Origin: Entomortierella parvispora E1425
Lineage: Eukaryota; Fungi; Mortierellomycota
Reading direction: 5' to 3'
DNA: 64,000 nucleotides
Assembly (NCBI GenBank): GCA_020891255.1
Contig: BQFW01000011.1
Coordinates: forward strand, 496,001-560,000
This document shows positions 23,399-35,367 of this stretch, in pieces. The notes beneath the pieces were generated by a model. That model did no database searches, was not told where the DNA came from, and saw nothing but the letters and a program-made list of their open reading frames with translations. How positions within the stretch are numbered: position 1 is the stretch's first letter; every line of letters begins with the position of its first letter. A program made the translations under genes and the position numbers.

Positions 23399-25925
23399 TC
23401 ACACGTCCGACTGAAGGGTCCCTGAGGGGAATGAAGTTCTGGGTGGGGTGGAAGAACCAACATTGGATGGTGATGTCTGCTCCCCTTCAGATTCTCCCTC
23501 CGGGAATGCAGGCAGAGGAGGCGAAAACTTTGACTGCGCAGGTGAGGCTGAGGCCATGTTTGCTGACCAGCCAGCCAAGGGGGACCCACCCGCGGATCCA
23601 GCTGAGACTGAAGGTGAAGATGAGGAGGAAGACGAGGACTGTCTGTGGAAGTGGCTCTGGTATTGATGCTGGAACTGAGACTTCAAAATGTGAGGAGGAG
23701 AGTTGTAGTGAAGATATTGCTGTTGACGATGATGTGAGTGATTGGGGGATGCGGCCGTGGGAGAAGAAAGGATAGAGGACACGCTCCGATCATTCTCACT
23801 CACAGACGACTGTTGAGAATGGTTCGGTCGGACTGAGGACGAAGACGAGGGCGTGTGGCTATGATGCAGATGATTCGGTCTGAGGACCGCAGCCGCTGCA
23901 GCATGCGCATGCTTGGCCACAGCAGACTGTTGACGATCGCGAACTAGCTGCTTGTTGTTCTGACGACGTCTCCAACGATAGCTCTATTGTTTTTAAATCG
24001 CAGCAGTGCTGCATTAGCCATCTTGAGTATAAAAACCCCTTTACCATAATCCAGAATTCAGTTTTATCTCTTACCGCATATTGAGCCATCCAGATCATAG
24101 CCACGGCACCAGGAAGAACTGCAGCCCAGGGGGCGAGAAGCGGTACCATGAGCGCCCAAATCAACGCACCGACCAACACAACCCCATAGGAATAAAACAT
24201 CCAGTGGGATCCAAGCTCTTTAGCATCCTCAAAGAACCCAGGAAAATTCTCGCGCGCTTTCATGTTGGAAGCGTCCATCATGTCACGGTTGGTAGCAACA
24301 CTCTTCTGATACCCTGTGATATTCATGTGATGAAGATTGCTCCGAGTCAAAGCCCCCACGACCACAGTAGAGGGCTCAGTGCTACCGCTCCCATGGGCCT
24401 GGTGTTGGAATCCACCCAAAGAGGTAATGGATCCTCCGACGCGCCCACGACCTCGACCACCCGTCAGACCTTTTTTCAGTTGGTGGTCAGCCTTGCAAGG
24501 CCTCTGACTAGTCAAAGGCGACAGGGGATGGAAATCTTCGTCTCTCTTCTCGTCGTCATCCTCATACATCTCGCTACTAGACCTTTCCATCTCGCTGCGC
24601 TCCAACAAACGACCGGATCCGACATCACCAGCATTGCCAACATTGGTGGCAGCCGTAATGGCGGATCGTGGAGTGAACAGAGTGGTTGCCTGAGGAGGAG
24701 GGGTCATGGTTCGAGCAAGCTGAGGCCGGGTCACGACCGAACCCACGATACCCATGCTCATGGTCATGGCTGAGGGCCACTGAACCTCTGAAGTTCCGAC
24801 AGAAGGCAACAGAGCTGCTAGAGCTGGTCTCTTGATCATTGACACAGGCAGCGAGTGCCTCTTCATCTCCTTGGGTGTCTTGAACGAGGGGGTCGAGGAG
24901 ACCGAGGTATTAGAAAGAGGAGGAGGAGCAACCAAGGTGGTCACGGAGGGGGACAAGCCCGAGGAGGCCAGGGAATGCAGGGAGCTTGAATGCGGCATTG
25001 ATTGCCTCTTGAGATTGCGCCGACTACTAGCATCCCCCCTGACGCCACTGCTGCTGCTAGAAGGAATTCCCAAACCAAAACCACTCGAGGCATGAGGGGG
25101 AGGAGAAGACGATTCAGCAACTCCGTGATCAGATTGCAAATACGGGGGCGGTGGGGCTTGACCTCCTAGGCTGTCCCTGTGCTGGTGATGATGGTGTTGC
25201 TGCTGAAAGTAATGTTGCTGTTGGTTGGTGTTGACGTGTCGAGCAACAGAGGCATCTTCGCCCGCCTGGTGAAGGCCTACTTTTTCATTCTCAATCATGG
25301 ATAGAACGACATGTGTCGATGGTCTGCTCGAATCTTTGACCCCGTCATTTACACCATTGCGGGTAGAAGGACGGGAGGTGACAACGTTCTCTGTGACGGA
25401 GGAAGAAAGAGTCGAGCTCTTTGGGCTCACATGGACGATGGTCGGTCCGCTCGAAGAAGACTTGACAAAGTTGGCATACTTGGTCGAATAGGACTGCACA
25501 ATAACTGTGGGCTTGGTACTGGCCGGGGCAATCGCAGTTGGGGTCGACTTTAGAACATATTCTTGGCTCTTTTCATTCTTTTGTTGAGGCGGTTGAGGCT
25601 TGAGACTCATGAATGGGTGGTTTTCGATGGTCTGAAAAGGAAGGTCGATCTTGGCGGCCTTTGAGGGCTCACATTCGCCGATCCTCTTACTGTCGTGCTC
25701 TTGCTGGTGATCTATCATCACCTTGAATGACAAGGGTGTCATCATAGGCGAAGACAGATCGGACGAAGTCGGCGAATCCAGATATCGATTGCCATCGCGA
25801 GTAAATGTGAGGAAACTGGGATCCTGGCCATCTTTTGAAGTCTGAGGACTGTACTCAAAGTACCCTGGAGCCTCCTCAATAGGCGGGGGAACAATGATGT
25901 GTAGAGCTGTAGAGTTGGCAGACAT
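23399..25925 (-). CDS. Hypothetical low-complexity protein with two TM helices; join complement(23399..23983,24075..25925), 811 aa
   Basis: A long Ser/Pro-rich ORF with hydrophobic WMFYSYGVVLVGALIWAL / PWAAVLPGAVAMIWMAQYA. A phase-0 GT-AG intron leads to SYRWRRRQ and a Ser-rich tail. Confidence 0.7.
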
Positions 25926-26751
25926 GTTGAAGCAAACTTGGTTTACAGATTCCAAGGCTATCAAACTTGGTGGCCGGTGTAACTGAGTGCGATGAGTCGA
26001 AGAAGGCAGGGGTGAATGGCAGGAGTGAGAGTGGGGCCAATGCAGGGTAAAAACTATGCAAGATGACAGGGGCGATCTGGAAATATGAACGCTATAGAAA
26101 AACAAGAAAAAAAAGAGAAAAGGAAAAGGGACAACGAAAGAGTCTGCAAGCACAAAACTGGCGCCCAGCGCCAGAAGATCTAAGCAAAGGATGGTACCTG
26201 GCCTACCACCATGGCCACTATGACTAAAAAGTTCGCGGGCCTTCTCCTGGCAAGGCCATTGGGGCACAACCAATTATCACAACCTCCTTTCGCCCTGGGA
26301 AACCCTTCCCCTTTATTTTTTCACTTCCTTTTCAGTGGTGTTCTTGCACCCAAAGACGCCACAGTTCCAATCCCTTGGAATCGTTGTCACGGTAAGTGCT
26401 AACAAATGGGCATGGTTCCACAAGAACCTGGATGGTAGAAGTTACCGTAACGACCATCAATGTCTCAATACAACCCGATCCCAGGCAATGTCTCTTTCTT
26501 CCTTTCTCCTTGCATCCCTTGTTTTCCTGGTCCTTACTTTTGTATCCTTGTTGTCAGCAGTGCCCAGCTAAAAGTTTAGAGACCGTCCAACGCGTCTTAG
26601 TGGCAAAGGAAAAGATAGATTGATCAGCTTGAGCGTTGAGGCTGACCTTCGATGATCATCAGTCCACTTTCCGAGGATCGTCCATTTTTCGCTCAAGTGC
26701 TGGGCCAAGGGAGCAGGATAGGGCCAGCTCTCATCTTCTTAACACAACGCG

Positions 26752-27448
26752 ATGGTAACCCTCATGGACCAGGTCTGGCGAAGCACACCAATGGGACCGT
26801 ACGGAGATCAGCGTCCGGACACAAAAAACAACAAGGCATCCGACAACGACAGAAGCACTAATAACACAAGAGACAATAGCCACCAAAAGTATAGTGCCTC
26901 TATCGACAATGAAGACCGAGAGAGTTATTCGTGGAAATACGTCTTCATGACTGTGCTCGCGATATTGTCTTGCCTTCCAACGATTCTACTTTTGGCCTGG
27001 ATCATCTCATGGGGTGTTGTTATTCTGGTAGGAGCATATGCATGAGGCATGAAAATGAGGAACAGAGGTTCATGCGCTCACATCGCAAAATTTTCATCGT
27101 GTCAAGTATGCTTGCACGTTCGGATTCGTTGCAGCAATCGCAAGCGTCATAGGTCTCTCGATGCTTGTGTATGGACCCATCCTTTGTCTCTGTGTCATTG
27201 CTGCCTTCACGTTCGCCAACTTTTATATTCTCTCTACCAAAGCCTGGGATCTTTACAACGACATCCAGGTGTCCATTTCCAATTTTGCAGTTTGGGTGGT
27301 CCCAGCTGCGGTCAAGATTAAACTCGAGAGGCTTCCTGGACACGCCAAGGAAAGCTCTGATGCTGGAACCGGCTGGCCCACTTCATCACCAATTATCAGT
27401 AACAGCCCCCAGCCCGGCAATTGGGGTGCTGCTGGTTGGATGCACTGA
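26752..27448 (+). CDS. Promethin/LDAF1-like hydrophobic hairpin protein; join(26752..27027,27107..27448), 205 aa
   Basis: A phase-0 intron joins ...LAILSCLPTILLLAWIISWGVVIL to YACTFGFVAAIASVIGLSMLVYGPILCLCVIAA..., giving a continuous hydrophobic stretch of about 70 aa like promethin. The family call is from pattern recall. Confidence 0.6.
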
Positions 27449-27637
27449 ACCATGGTGTCTAGTCGGAGGTACAAACATTACGTCAAAGTACCACCGAGCC
27501 GGGACACAGGCAAATAAAAAAAGTGTAGGACCAAATGAGCCTCGTGCAGAATGAGTCGAGGGAGGCGTCGATTGTACTGTACAGGCGTAAACATCACCCC
27601 TTTTATTGAGCTGAATAGACGCTCTTCAGCAGATTGT

Positions 27638-29530
27638 TCAGAGCTCCATTTTGCTTTCCGTTGCACCCTTAGTTTCCGTAATCTCAACTGGTATAATAGA
27701 GTCGACTGCTGGAGATAGTTGATGAGCAGGGCTTGCTTTCCTGATGGGTGAAGCGGTAAACTCCCGGATAGGTCCTGCACTTGGGGGAGGGGGAGGAGTC
27801 CTAGATGAAATCCCATACGAATTAAGCGGCGAACTAGAAGACGATGGTGGACTCCCATAGAAGCTGGATTGGGAAGGCTTCATCGGAGTGTTCATGCCTC
27901 CGACACCGCCGGCACTGAAAGGTTGAGTACCAAACGGAACTAGATCCGATTGCGTTGGTCGGGTGTCTTTGGAAACGGGCGGTTGTTTGAGGGCGGTCGG
28001 AACGTGGGGTTGTTGCTGCGGCTTATGTTGTTGTATATGTTGTGTGCGCTGCTGTTGCTGCACCTGCCTTTGCTCACTGGATACAGGTTGGGCATTAGTG
28101 GATTGTGAAGATTGCGCCTGCCTCTGCTCCTCTTCCTGAACGGACGGCGGCGGCATCATGAATTCAATCTTTTCATCTTGCAGAGGACGGATATCGGGGT
28201 GCATCAAAAGTTCGGACATGGCAGTTGCGAACTTCTTAAGGGCTCGCGTCATCTCATAAAAGTAGCTAGGATGCCGAACGTCCTCGAACTCTATGAGGCG
28301 ATCATAGATGTGCTAAGATGGACAGAAAATGGTTACAATGAGCCGATTTGCGCCACATCAGCTTGTTCGACATGGGCAACTAGTTGGCTGCCTTACCTGA
28401 GGTGTGATGGGCCCTTCGACTTCCGATGGTCTATTGTGGATGTAAATACAGTCGAAGCGAAACTTTCTGCTGGCGTAGAAGGCTTCCCGGAGCTGCTCGA
28501 GACAGACGAGGACAGGGAATCGTTAGAACAGCCACTTGGCTCATAATTGACCCTGCTGAGAATCCTGGCAACTGAAGAATAAGTACCTCATTATCGGGAC
28601 TCGTTGGCAGCACATTTGACCGAGTATATATCATGATCACTCGAATGATAGAGTCATCGTCTTCATCCAAGTCGACATGCTCCACGCTATTACCAAAAGA
28701 GGTGTTAATCGAGGCACAGTATAGCGATTCGTCTGATATTGTGATTGAGCGTGGAACCTAGACCTACAGTTCTCTTAAAATGCTGGTATAATCTATTTCA
28801 AAGGGCAATGTTGAAGGTTAGAGAGTGACGGGCAAGTACATTGGACGTTCCAGTATTCAACTTCTACGTCCTCACCAAAAGAGTCAAATTTGCCCATCGT
28901 GTACAGCTCGTCGATGACATGCGAGATTAGGTCGCTTTCTGACGTGAAATCCATGTGCTACAGGAGAATTGCAAGATTGACATATCCTATGTTAGTTTCT
29001 CTTCTAAAGCAACCAAGGGCACATGCACATCAATTATCTACCAAGCGGTGTTGTTTCATTACCCAAAGAGCTTTGGTGCCTAGAACCATCATTGCAAACT
29101 CATGCTTTGGATTCCATCTCGACTTCTGACCGATAAACCATTTTAGAAGCTGTTTGCTTCGGCTGATTCTCGAGTCCCTGAAGAAGCAGTGGAGTAGTTT
29201 ACAATGGTTATTTCCCGTCTTTTTTTTTTTTTTTTTTTTTTTTTGGATATCTCATGCCCTTGTAAACAACTCGCATCAGACATACTGAGACTTCTCCCCG
29301 GTCATGAAATTCTCGTCCATAGAAATGTCCAGGTCGATACAAAAGACCTACAGTTCGAGAAAATAGAGAGGTGTTCATTCAGCATCGCTTTGCATGCCTC
29401 GCTTTGGCCAGCCTGCATTGTGCGTTCATGACTTTACCAGTTTTTCGCGGCAGCATTTTGGGGGAGGCGAGTCTAAGGTTGATAGAAGGGTCCTGTTGCT
29501 CTTCTCGATGGGGGTGTCAGGTTCGAGCAT
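27638..29530 (-). CDS. BABAM1: BRISC/BRCA1-A complex member 1 (BABAM1/MERIT40/NBA1) homologue, vWA-like; 8 exons: 29530-29438, 29347-29286, 29177-29063, 28957-28876, 28792-28768, 28686-28587, 28492-28397, 28312-27638 (415 aa)
   Basis: The spliced protein has EKLVFCIDLD, KHEFAMMVL, RVIMIYTRS, FRFDCIYIH and MSELLMHPDIRPLQ. These match the MERIT40 blocks EKVIICLDL, SHEFALVVV, RTILVYSR, FFFDVVYIH and MAKLLAHPLQRP in order. Exons sum to 1248 nt. Confidence 0.85.
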
Positions 29531-30224
29531 GTTGGTGGAGGGTGGGTTGGAAGATGTGCATTCGCAAAAAGCCAAGGCGGCTTTTCTTTTTCCTGCAGCG
29601 TCACGTGGAGAACGCGCCACCAATTTTACGGTTCTTGCAGGTTGCAGCCAAGTGCAATGCTCCCCACTGCCGTAAGTGCCTGCTGTCAATACGAAGCAAT
29701 ATCGCCTGAGAGGTCATCATCTTCGAGCACGCCTCCTATTTCGACACATCTGGCAACTGCATCAAAGACCTCCGCTCTTTCTTACTTGGCAACCGTGAGT
29801 GCTTTGTGTTTAGGATTGATTGGGAGCGGTGCCCAATTTTTCCTCGCCATTGCAAAAGTGCTTCTTCTAAGCTGCTTGGATGGAACTGGACAAGAAGCGA
29901 GAACCCGAGGTAGAGGAATGCGATGTACGCACTACAGCTATGACGCCTGTCATGCGTACCCGTGAACCAAAGTTCCGTGTCAAGAAGGCGACTCAAGGCC
30001 GAATAAACATGGACACAGGGAGTCCGAGATTTGAGTTCACAAATCACAAAGCAGGACCTCTGGCGGTTACTGGCACACCCCTTCAATTCAAAAGGCTTCC
30101 CACTTCGTCCACTTCGTCCACTTTAGATCCAGAATCCGTTCTCATTCAATGCAAACTTTTTATAGAAAATATGACTTTTTGCTGTTTTAAGAGAAATGGC
30201 TAAGGAGGATAGGACCTTGAACAT

Positions 30225-31325
30225 CTAGAAAAGCATGGTACCGACAACAGCGGCAGCAGCAGCGGCAAGACCAACGCTGACACTGAACGAGGTGGAGCCA
30301 GCGCTGCTGCTGACGATTTTAGGGCCTCCAGTCGAGGGACCGGTACCAGTGGGCTGGGCGCCACCGGCAGATCCAGTGGCACCAGGGGTTCCATTGGTAG
30401 CAGGAGGAGCGACGCCATTCTGGTAGGGGTTGGCATCGTTTTCGCATCCGGCAACCGAGGCAAAGTTGAGCTTTCTTGCAATTCCAAGGGGAAGAAGTTG
30501 AAGAGCCATGTCGACGACGGGCTTGGAGACATCGTGCTCCAGGCAGTAAAAGCCCTTGGTTCCGGGGTTAGCAACGTAAGCATCCAAGGACTTTGTGAAG
30601 TTTCCGATAACTTGTGGCGCCGTCATACTGACAGTGTACCTCCAGTCGTTGGTATCAAACTCATCACCGGTCCAGTCGACGGGGATGTAACCCATCTTCT
30701 TGAGAATGAAGCGAACACGGTTGTTGATATCACCATAAGGAGGACGCATGTACTTGAGCTTCTTTCCTGTTGCCTCCATGACGGCCAGCTCGGTCCACTT
30801 CATCTCGGCAACAATCTGCTCGTTGGTCAAGGTGGTCAGGGCACTGTGGGACCAGGTGTGGGAGGCAAGGTGGTGGCCGTCCTTCACCTCATCCTGGACA
30901 ATTTCAGGATGTTGGATAACGTTGGAGCCAATCAAGAAGAAAGACGCAGTGAGCTTGTTGGTTTTGAGGTAATTCAACAACCTAGGTGTCTCGACCGAGG
31001 GACCATCGTCGAAGGTCAAGCCCCAGGTGTTGGGAGCATTGCAGACAGTGATGTCGTCCGCGGGACAGTTGTCACAGGTCCAGACACACTCTCCCTCGAT
31101 CTTCTTGGGAGCGCACTCGGGAGGTGCTCCAACGCGGAGGGGGAACTTGGGAGCTGCGCTGAGGTCGCCCAGCTCCTTCAGCCAAGTTTGGACCTGAGGA
31201 GAATTGACAGGAGGCACCACGTTGATCTCGGGGTATTTAGAGGGGTCCAATTTGGTAACCTGGGCGTTAGCCGCAGAAATGGCCAAGAAGAGGACAGTGA
31301 GAGAAGTGGCGGCAATCTTGACCAT
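30225..31325 (-). CDS. CDA: Secreted, probably GPI-anchored chitin deacetylase (CE4/NodB domain)
   Basis: Signal peptide, CE4 motifs TFDDGP, HTWSH, RPPYG and LEHD, then a Gly/Ser/Thr linker and a hydrophobic C-terminal GPI-like signal. Confidence 0.93.
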   Translation of the reverse strand: MVKIAATSLTVLFLAISAANAQVTKLDPSKYPEINVVPPVNSPQVQTWLKELGDLSAAPKFPLRVGAPPECAPKKIEGECVWTCDNCPADDITVCNAPNTWGLTFDDGPSVETPRLLNYLKTNKLTASFFLIGSNVIQHPEIVQDEVKDGHHLASHTWSHSALTTLTNEQIVAEMKWTELAVMEATGKKLKYMRPPYGDINNRVRFILKKMGYIPVDWTGDEFDTNDWRYTVSMTAPQVIGNFTKSLDAYVANPGTKGFYCLEHDVSKPVVDMALQLLPLGIARKLNFASVAGCENDANPYQNGVAPPATNGTPGATGSAGGAQPTGTGPSTGGPKIVSSSAGSTSFSVSVGLAAAAAAVVGTMLF

Positions 31326-33867
31326 GGTGAGATGTGCAGTTGGATGTGGTCGTTAAAAGAGAGGAAGGGGCAAGAAAGCAGAGTTTCAAGCAATGAGCAG
31401 ATGAGTTGAGGGGAGAAGGAGGTGGTGGGAGGAGGAAAGGGAAGAGAGAGAGAAGCAGTGAAGGAAAGGAAAGGAAGAAAGAAAGAGGGGAGGAGAGGCA
31501 AATAGATAAAACAAAGTGGAGCTTTTGCCGCGAAGGGCGTACCGGGGATTCATGTCCAGTGGGAGGTAAAAGGTGTCACAGTTTGAGAGAGAGAGAGCGT
31601 TGAGCGAGCAACAACCGCCTTTGCCCTCATGCTGTCGTTGCCCGATCCATGTAAGCGACCAATACGGGCACGCAAAGAGTTCAAAGATGGTAAATATAGA
31701 GCTCAGGTTGGGAGCAATAAATAAATAACTTGCCTATTACCGACTCTTCTTTTAACTGCATTGCCCCTGCAACGGTACTATTTCTTGAGTTTTAAATGTG
31801 CTGCAGGACAACTCCAGAGAAAGGAGTACGGTCACCAAGAAGGAGAAGGAGAAGAGGAAAAGGAGGGGAGGGAAGAAAGGTGTGTCGACATGTGCTGTTA
31901 TCAGGAGACAAATGCAGAGAGGTTCTTCTTGGCCGAACAAGACTGAACGATGCTCTTCTTCTTCCTTTTCGTGTCACCAAACGTGGGCCTGACTCAGTCA
32001 GGCTGACAGGCACATCTGCTCTCGCTTCTTTTACCAGGGATGTGCGCCAACTTTTTTTTTAAAATTCCTCGGATTCGAAAATTCAATTTTGAGATCGAAA
32101 AACCTTCTTTTGGCGCCTCTCCATTGTCCCAATGCAAGGGCCGCATTGCCGTCTTTGCGGTCTGGGTTTGGATCAGTGCCAGTGCTCCCAAAATCCTTCC
32201 ATTTTTTCCATTTCACCTATCAATTTCTTTTATGCAGCTGGATCACTTGCCCCATATTGTTGCCGCTTTGGGATCTCATTTTACAAGTCGAGTGGAAGGA
32301 TCATCTCAAAAACTCCCATCTAGGAGACACCAGCTCCACATCGCGGCGCGTCAGGAACCGATTCAGACACCACAAATACCCCCTTAGTTGTCGTGGGCTA
32401 GTTCTGAAATTACAGAAGCTCGTTATATCCGACCATTCCTATAGTTTGTATTCTACACTAGATCGACTTCTTCAACAACTCCCTTCGATCGTAGATCTCA
32501 TCAGACAAGAAGTTGGCACTCTCTTAGATCCCCGTCGCACTCCCACACCGCTTACCAGACGAGTGAGTTATAGCAAGCAAATATCTAACGAGGAGCTGCT
32601 ATACATGAACTCACATCCTCATCAAACAATCTTGCCAGAGTTTCAGGACAATTGGTAGTTTGAATCCCATTTTCGTCTTAGATTGCTGACCGCTGCCACC
32701 TGTGTTTGCACGCATCAAGTAAGTAGAAGCAGAGACCCAAGATATCACTATGAACCTTGACATGGATCACAAACCGCACCAAATAGTCCCTAAGTGAATG
32801 GCCGTAAGTGGCCGCGGTGACACAGCTGGTGCATCCTGATAGCGATTCTGACCAAGAAAAAAAAAAGGTTGCACGTGACGAGGCCCGGCAATGCAGACAT
32901 GTTAATGCAGCATTCACATCTTTTCAACACCCATCTCAATCTGGACATATCAAACTCAAAGCGCCTTGCCAAGACCATTTTGGGAAACACCGGACTCCGA
33001 GTCTGATTAAGTACAACTGAACCAGCGTGTAGGGCGGAAGGCCTTGGGATATCCACGCTACTTCATGGAGGCTTCGCTATCCTAGACGCCATCTTTATTT
33101 TTTTGGGGCCAGCCTGGTTTTGGGAAATGGCCACGAGCAAAAGTCATTGTTGAAGGCAGATACACCGGTACCACACACTGCTATCTACATTTGAGATCAA
33201 CTCATCGGAGAGCTCAGGGGGATATGAGCTACGATCAGGCAAAGTAGATATTAGCAATGTGGTCCGCACATTGAACTGGCCGATCAGCCAAACCCCAGCA
33301 CAAGGAATCTCGAAGATTATAGAAAATTGAGGTGGAGCCGCCAACAGTACCCACAGTGCACCTTGGATCACTGGTTTTGCGGCAGGAGATGGTGCTAGTG
33401 TAGATGGGATTTAGCTGCGGGACTGTATGATGGACTCGCTGGCAAAGAGGTATATTGGGACTCTCGTGGGCTCGCTATTTCACTTTCACTTAAACTATAT
33501 CTTCAGCGCTTGACAGGACGCTGGATGGACCACCAGAGGGTGGTCGATTGTAGTCAGTCTGCAAGCGGTCAAGTTGTCGGTGTCGATATGCAAGTTCGAT
33601 GCGTTGGCTTCTCGACCAGTCGACCTTGAAATTGCTGATTATGTTACGAGGACTCAATCTTGTCAGCAAAGTTCGTGGAAGTAGCGAGAGCGAAAGAAAA
33701 AACCAATTCGTTTTCAATCGAAGGTGAGCTACCTGCAATGCCACGTTTTTTTTTCCGAATAAAGAATCATAAGCAATGAAGATTGTACCATGAGCCAGGC
33801 TACATTGTTATTATTACTATTATGGTTTTGCACATGTCGTTTTGGTATATAAAATATATTATCCTCC

Positions 33868-35367
33868 TTAGACAGTCTCCATCTTATCGCCGTACTCCCT
33901 GTATTCGCTGTCAAGATCGCCATTCACAACAATGCTTCGGCTGGCAAAAGCCTTGTTCCTGTACTTGTGGATCAGCAATGAGATAAAGTAGATGATGAAA
34001 AGACCAACAGCGATTCCAATGTAGTAGGCCGCCGCAATGGGGCCTTGGCTCCAATCCAGGAAAGGATAAACCCTAGTAATCGGCGAGAGATAGAATAATA
34101 TCTGGGTAAGTGTCATACTACTAAAGTAAGGATGCAAGAAAAGCAACTTCAGCCGCGAGAAAGAAAGAAAAGTACCAAAGTCCCTGAGTCTTGTGGACAA
34201 CAAATGTCAAGAACATGTAAAAGACCATCACCACGGCAACAAAGACAGAGTGGATTGGCTGAAGAAAGTGTCTGTTCAAGGTCAGCTCGACGATAGCTCC
34301 AAACAGTCCGTCAAGAGCATGGACGCTCAAGTTTTGGTACCAGGTCAAAGAACTCCAAGAGCTCATGCCAGCGGTCAAAAGGGTCCAGAAAACGATTGGA
34401 ACGACAATCTATTTAGAAGTTTAAAAAACATGAGAGGTCGGCCTTATTTGTGATTGAATCTGCGAGCTTTTTTTCATGATTTTGCCGAGCAGTTATTACC
34501 GAATAGGTTGCAACTGTTGAGTAGAGAAGCCAATGAGCTCTTCCCCACCATGGGTTGCCAAGCTTGACCCATTGAGCGCGCTCCGAAACTGGCTGACGGA
34601 GGTAACCAAAAGACCAAATCGTAGATGCCTATACAGAAAGTAGGGTGTTAAGCTCGTGGGAAAGTAATAGTGCTGGTTGACTTTTTCCCGAGATCGTTGT
34701 TGCTGAACAAGTTGTGGACCAGCAGCTCAGAAAAGAAATGTGGAGGTGTGGAGGGAGGTGAATCACTGGATGGATGTGGAGCTCGAGTGAACTCCGTTTG
34801 TCCGCTAGCACATGGACTGAACGAGTGCCTTCTTTTTCCTTCTCCGCAAGGCAATTGAGCAGGCGACCAAAATGACATTTCAGCCACCGATCGATTGCTT
34901 CGCACCTGGACTCGCTCGCCCTCCTTCTCGCTCAAGCTGAACAATGCGATGGCAACACAGGCTGCGGCTGATCCAGAGCAGAGGGCCACGGTTGAACAAA
35001 ATAAAGTATTTCCACAGGCGTTGCTCTCATTCTCGATCGGACAACAGGAATGCCAATGCAAAAAGAAGGTGGAGAAAGAGGACCCAACTGCCGCCTGAAC
35101 GGGATACAAAATCAACAAACGCAAAAGCAAAAGCAAAAAGCTTACCAAGAGATAAGAGAAGAGACCAAAGTAGGTCAGGTTGGTGAAGTAGCGGAAGTAT
35201 TCTCCAGCCGATGAGGCGGTTGCCCAGACCGAGATCATAGCTGCAGACACATAGAGGAGCTCGACAAACCGGACAGCAGCCAAGACCTTGGGGCTAACCA
35301 AGTTGGAGGTGACGATCCTGTTGGGCTCGAATCGATCCAGCTTCATGAAACGGACAATGGAGGACAT
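33868..35367 (-). CDS. FAR-17a/AIG1-like multipass membrane protein; exons 35367-35146, 34628-34500, 34408-34176, 34072-33868 (262 aa)
   Basis: About six hydrophobic helices, with YFTNLT, SVHALD and WVYPFLDW motifs. Four GT-AG-linked exons are in frame (789 nt). Confidence 0.7.

Noticed and set aside
24081-25553. Long antisense ORFs opposite real genes (also 30498-31409, 63336-63980, 59156-59869)
   Set aside because: These are shadow ORFs arising from codon bias of the genuine opposite-strand CDS.
31500-33800. Possible degraded gene remnant (ORFs 32089-32658, 33144-33371, 33490-33744)
   Set aside because: The fragments are stop-ridden with no identifiable family; too weak to call a pseudogene without a homology search.
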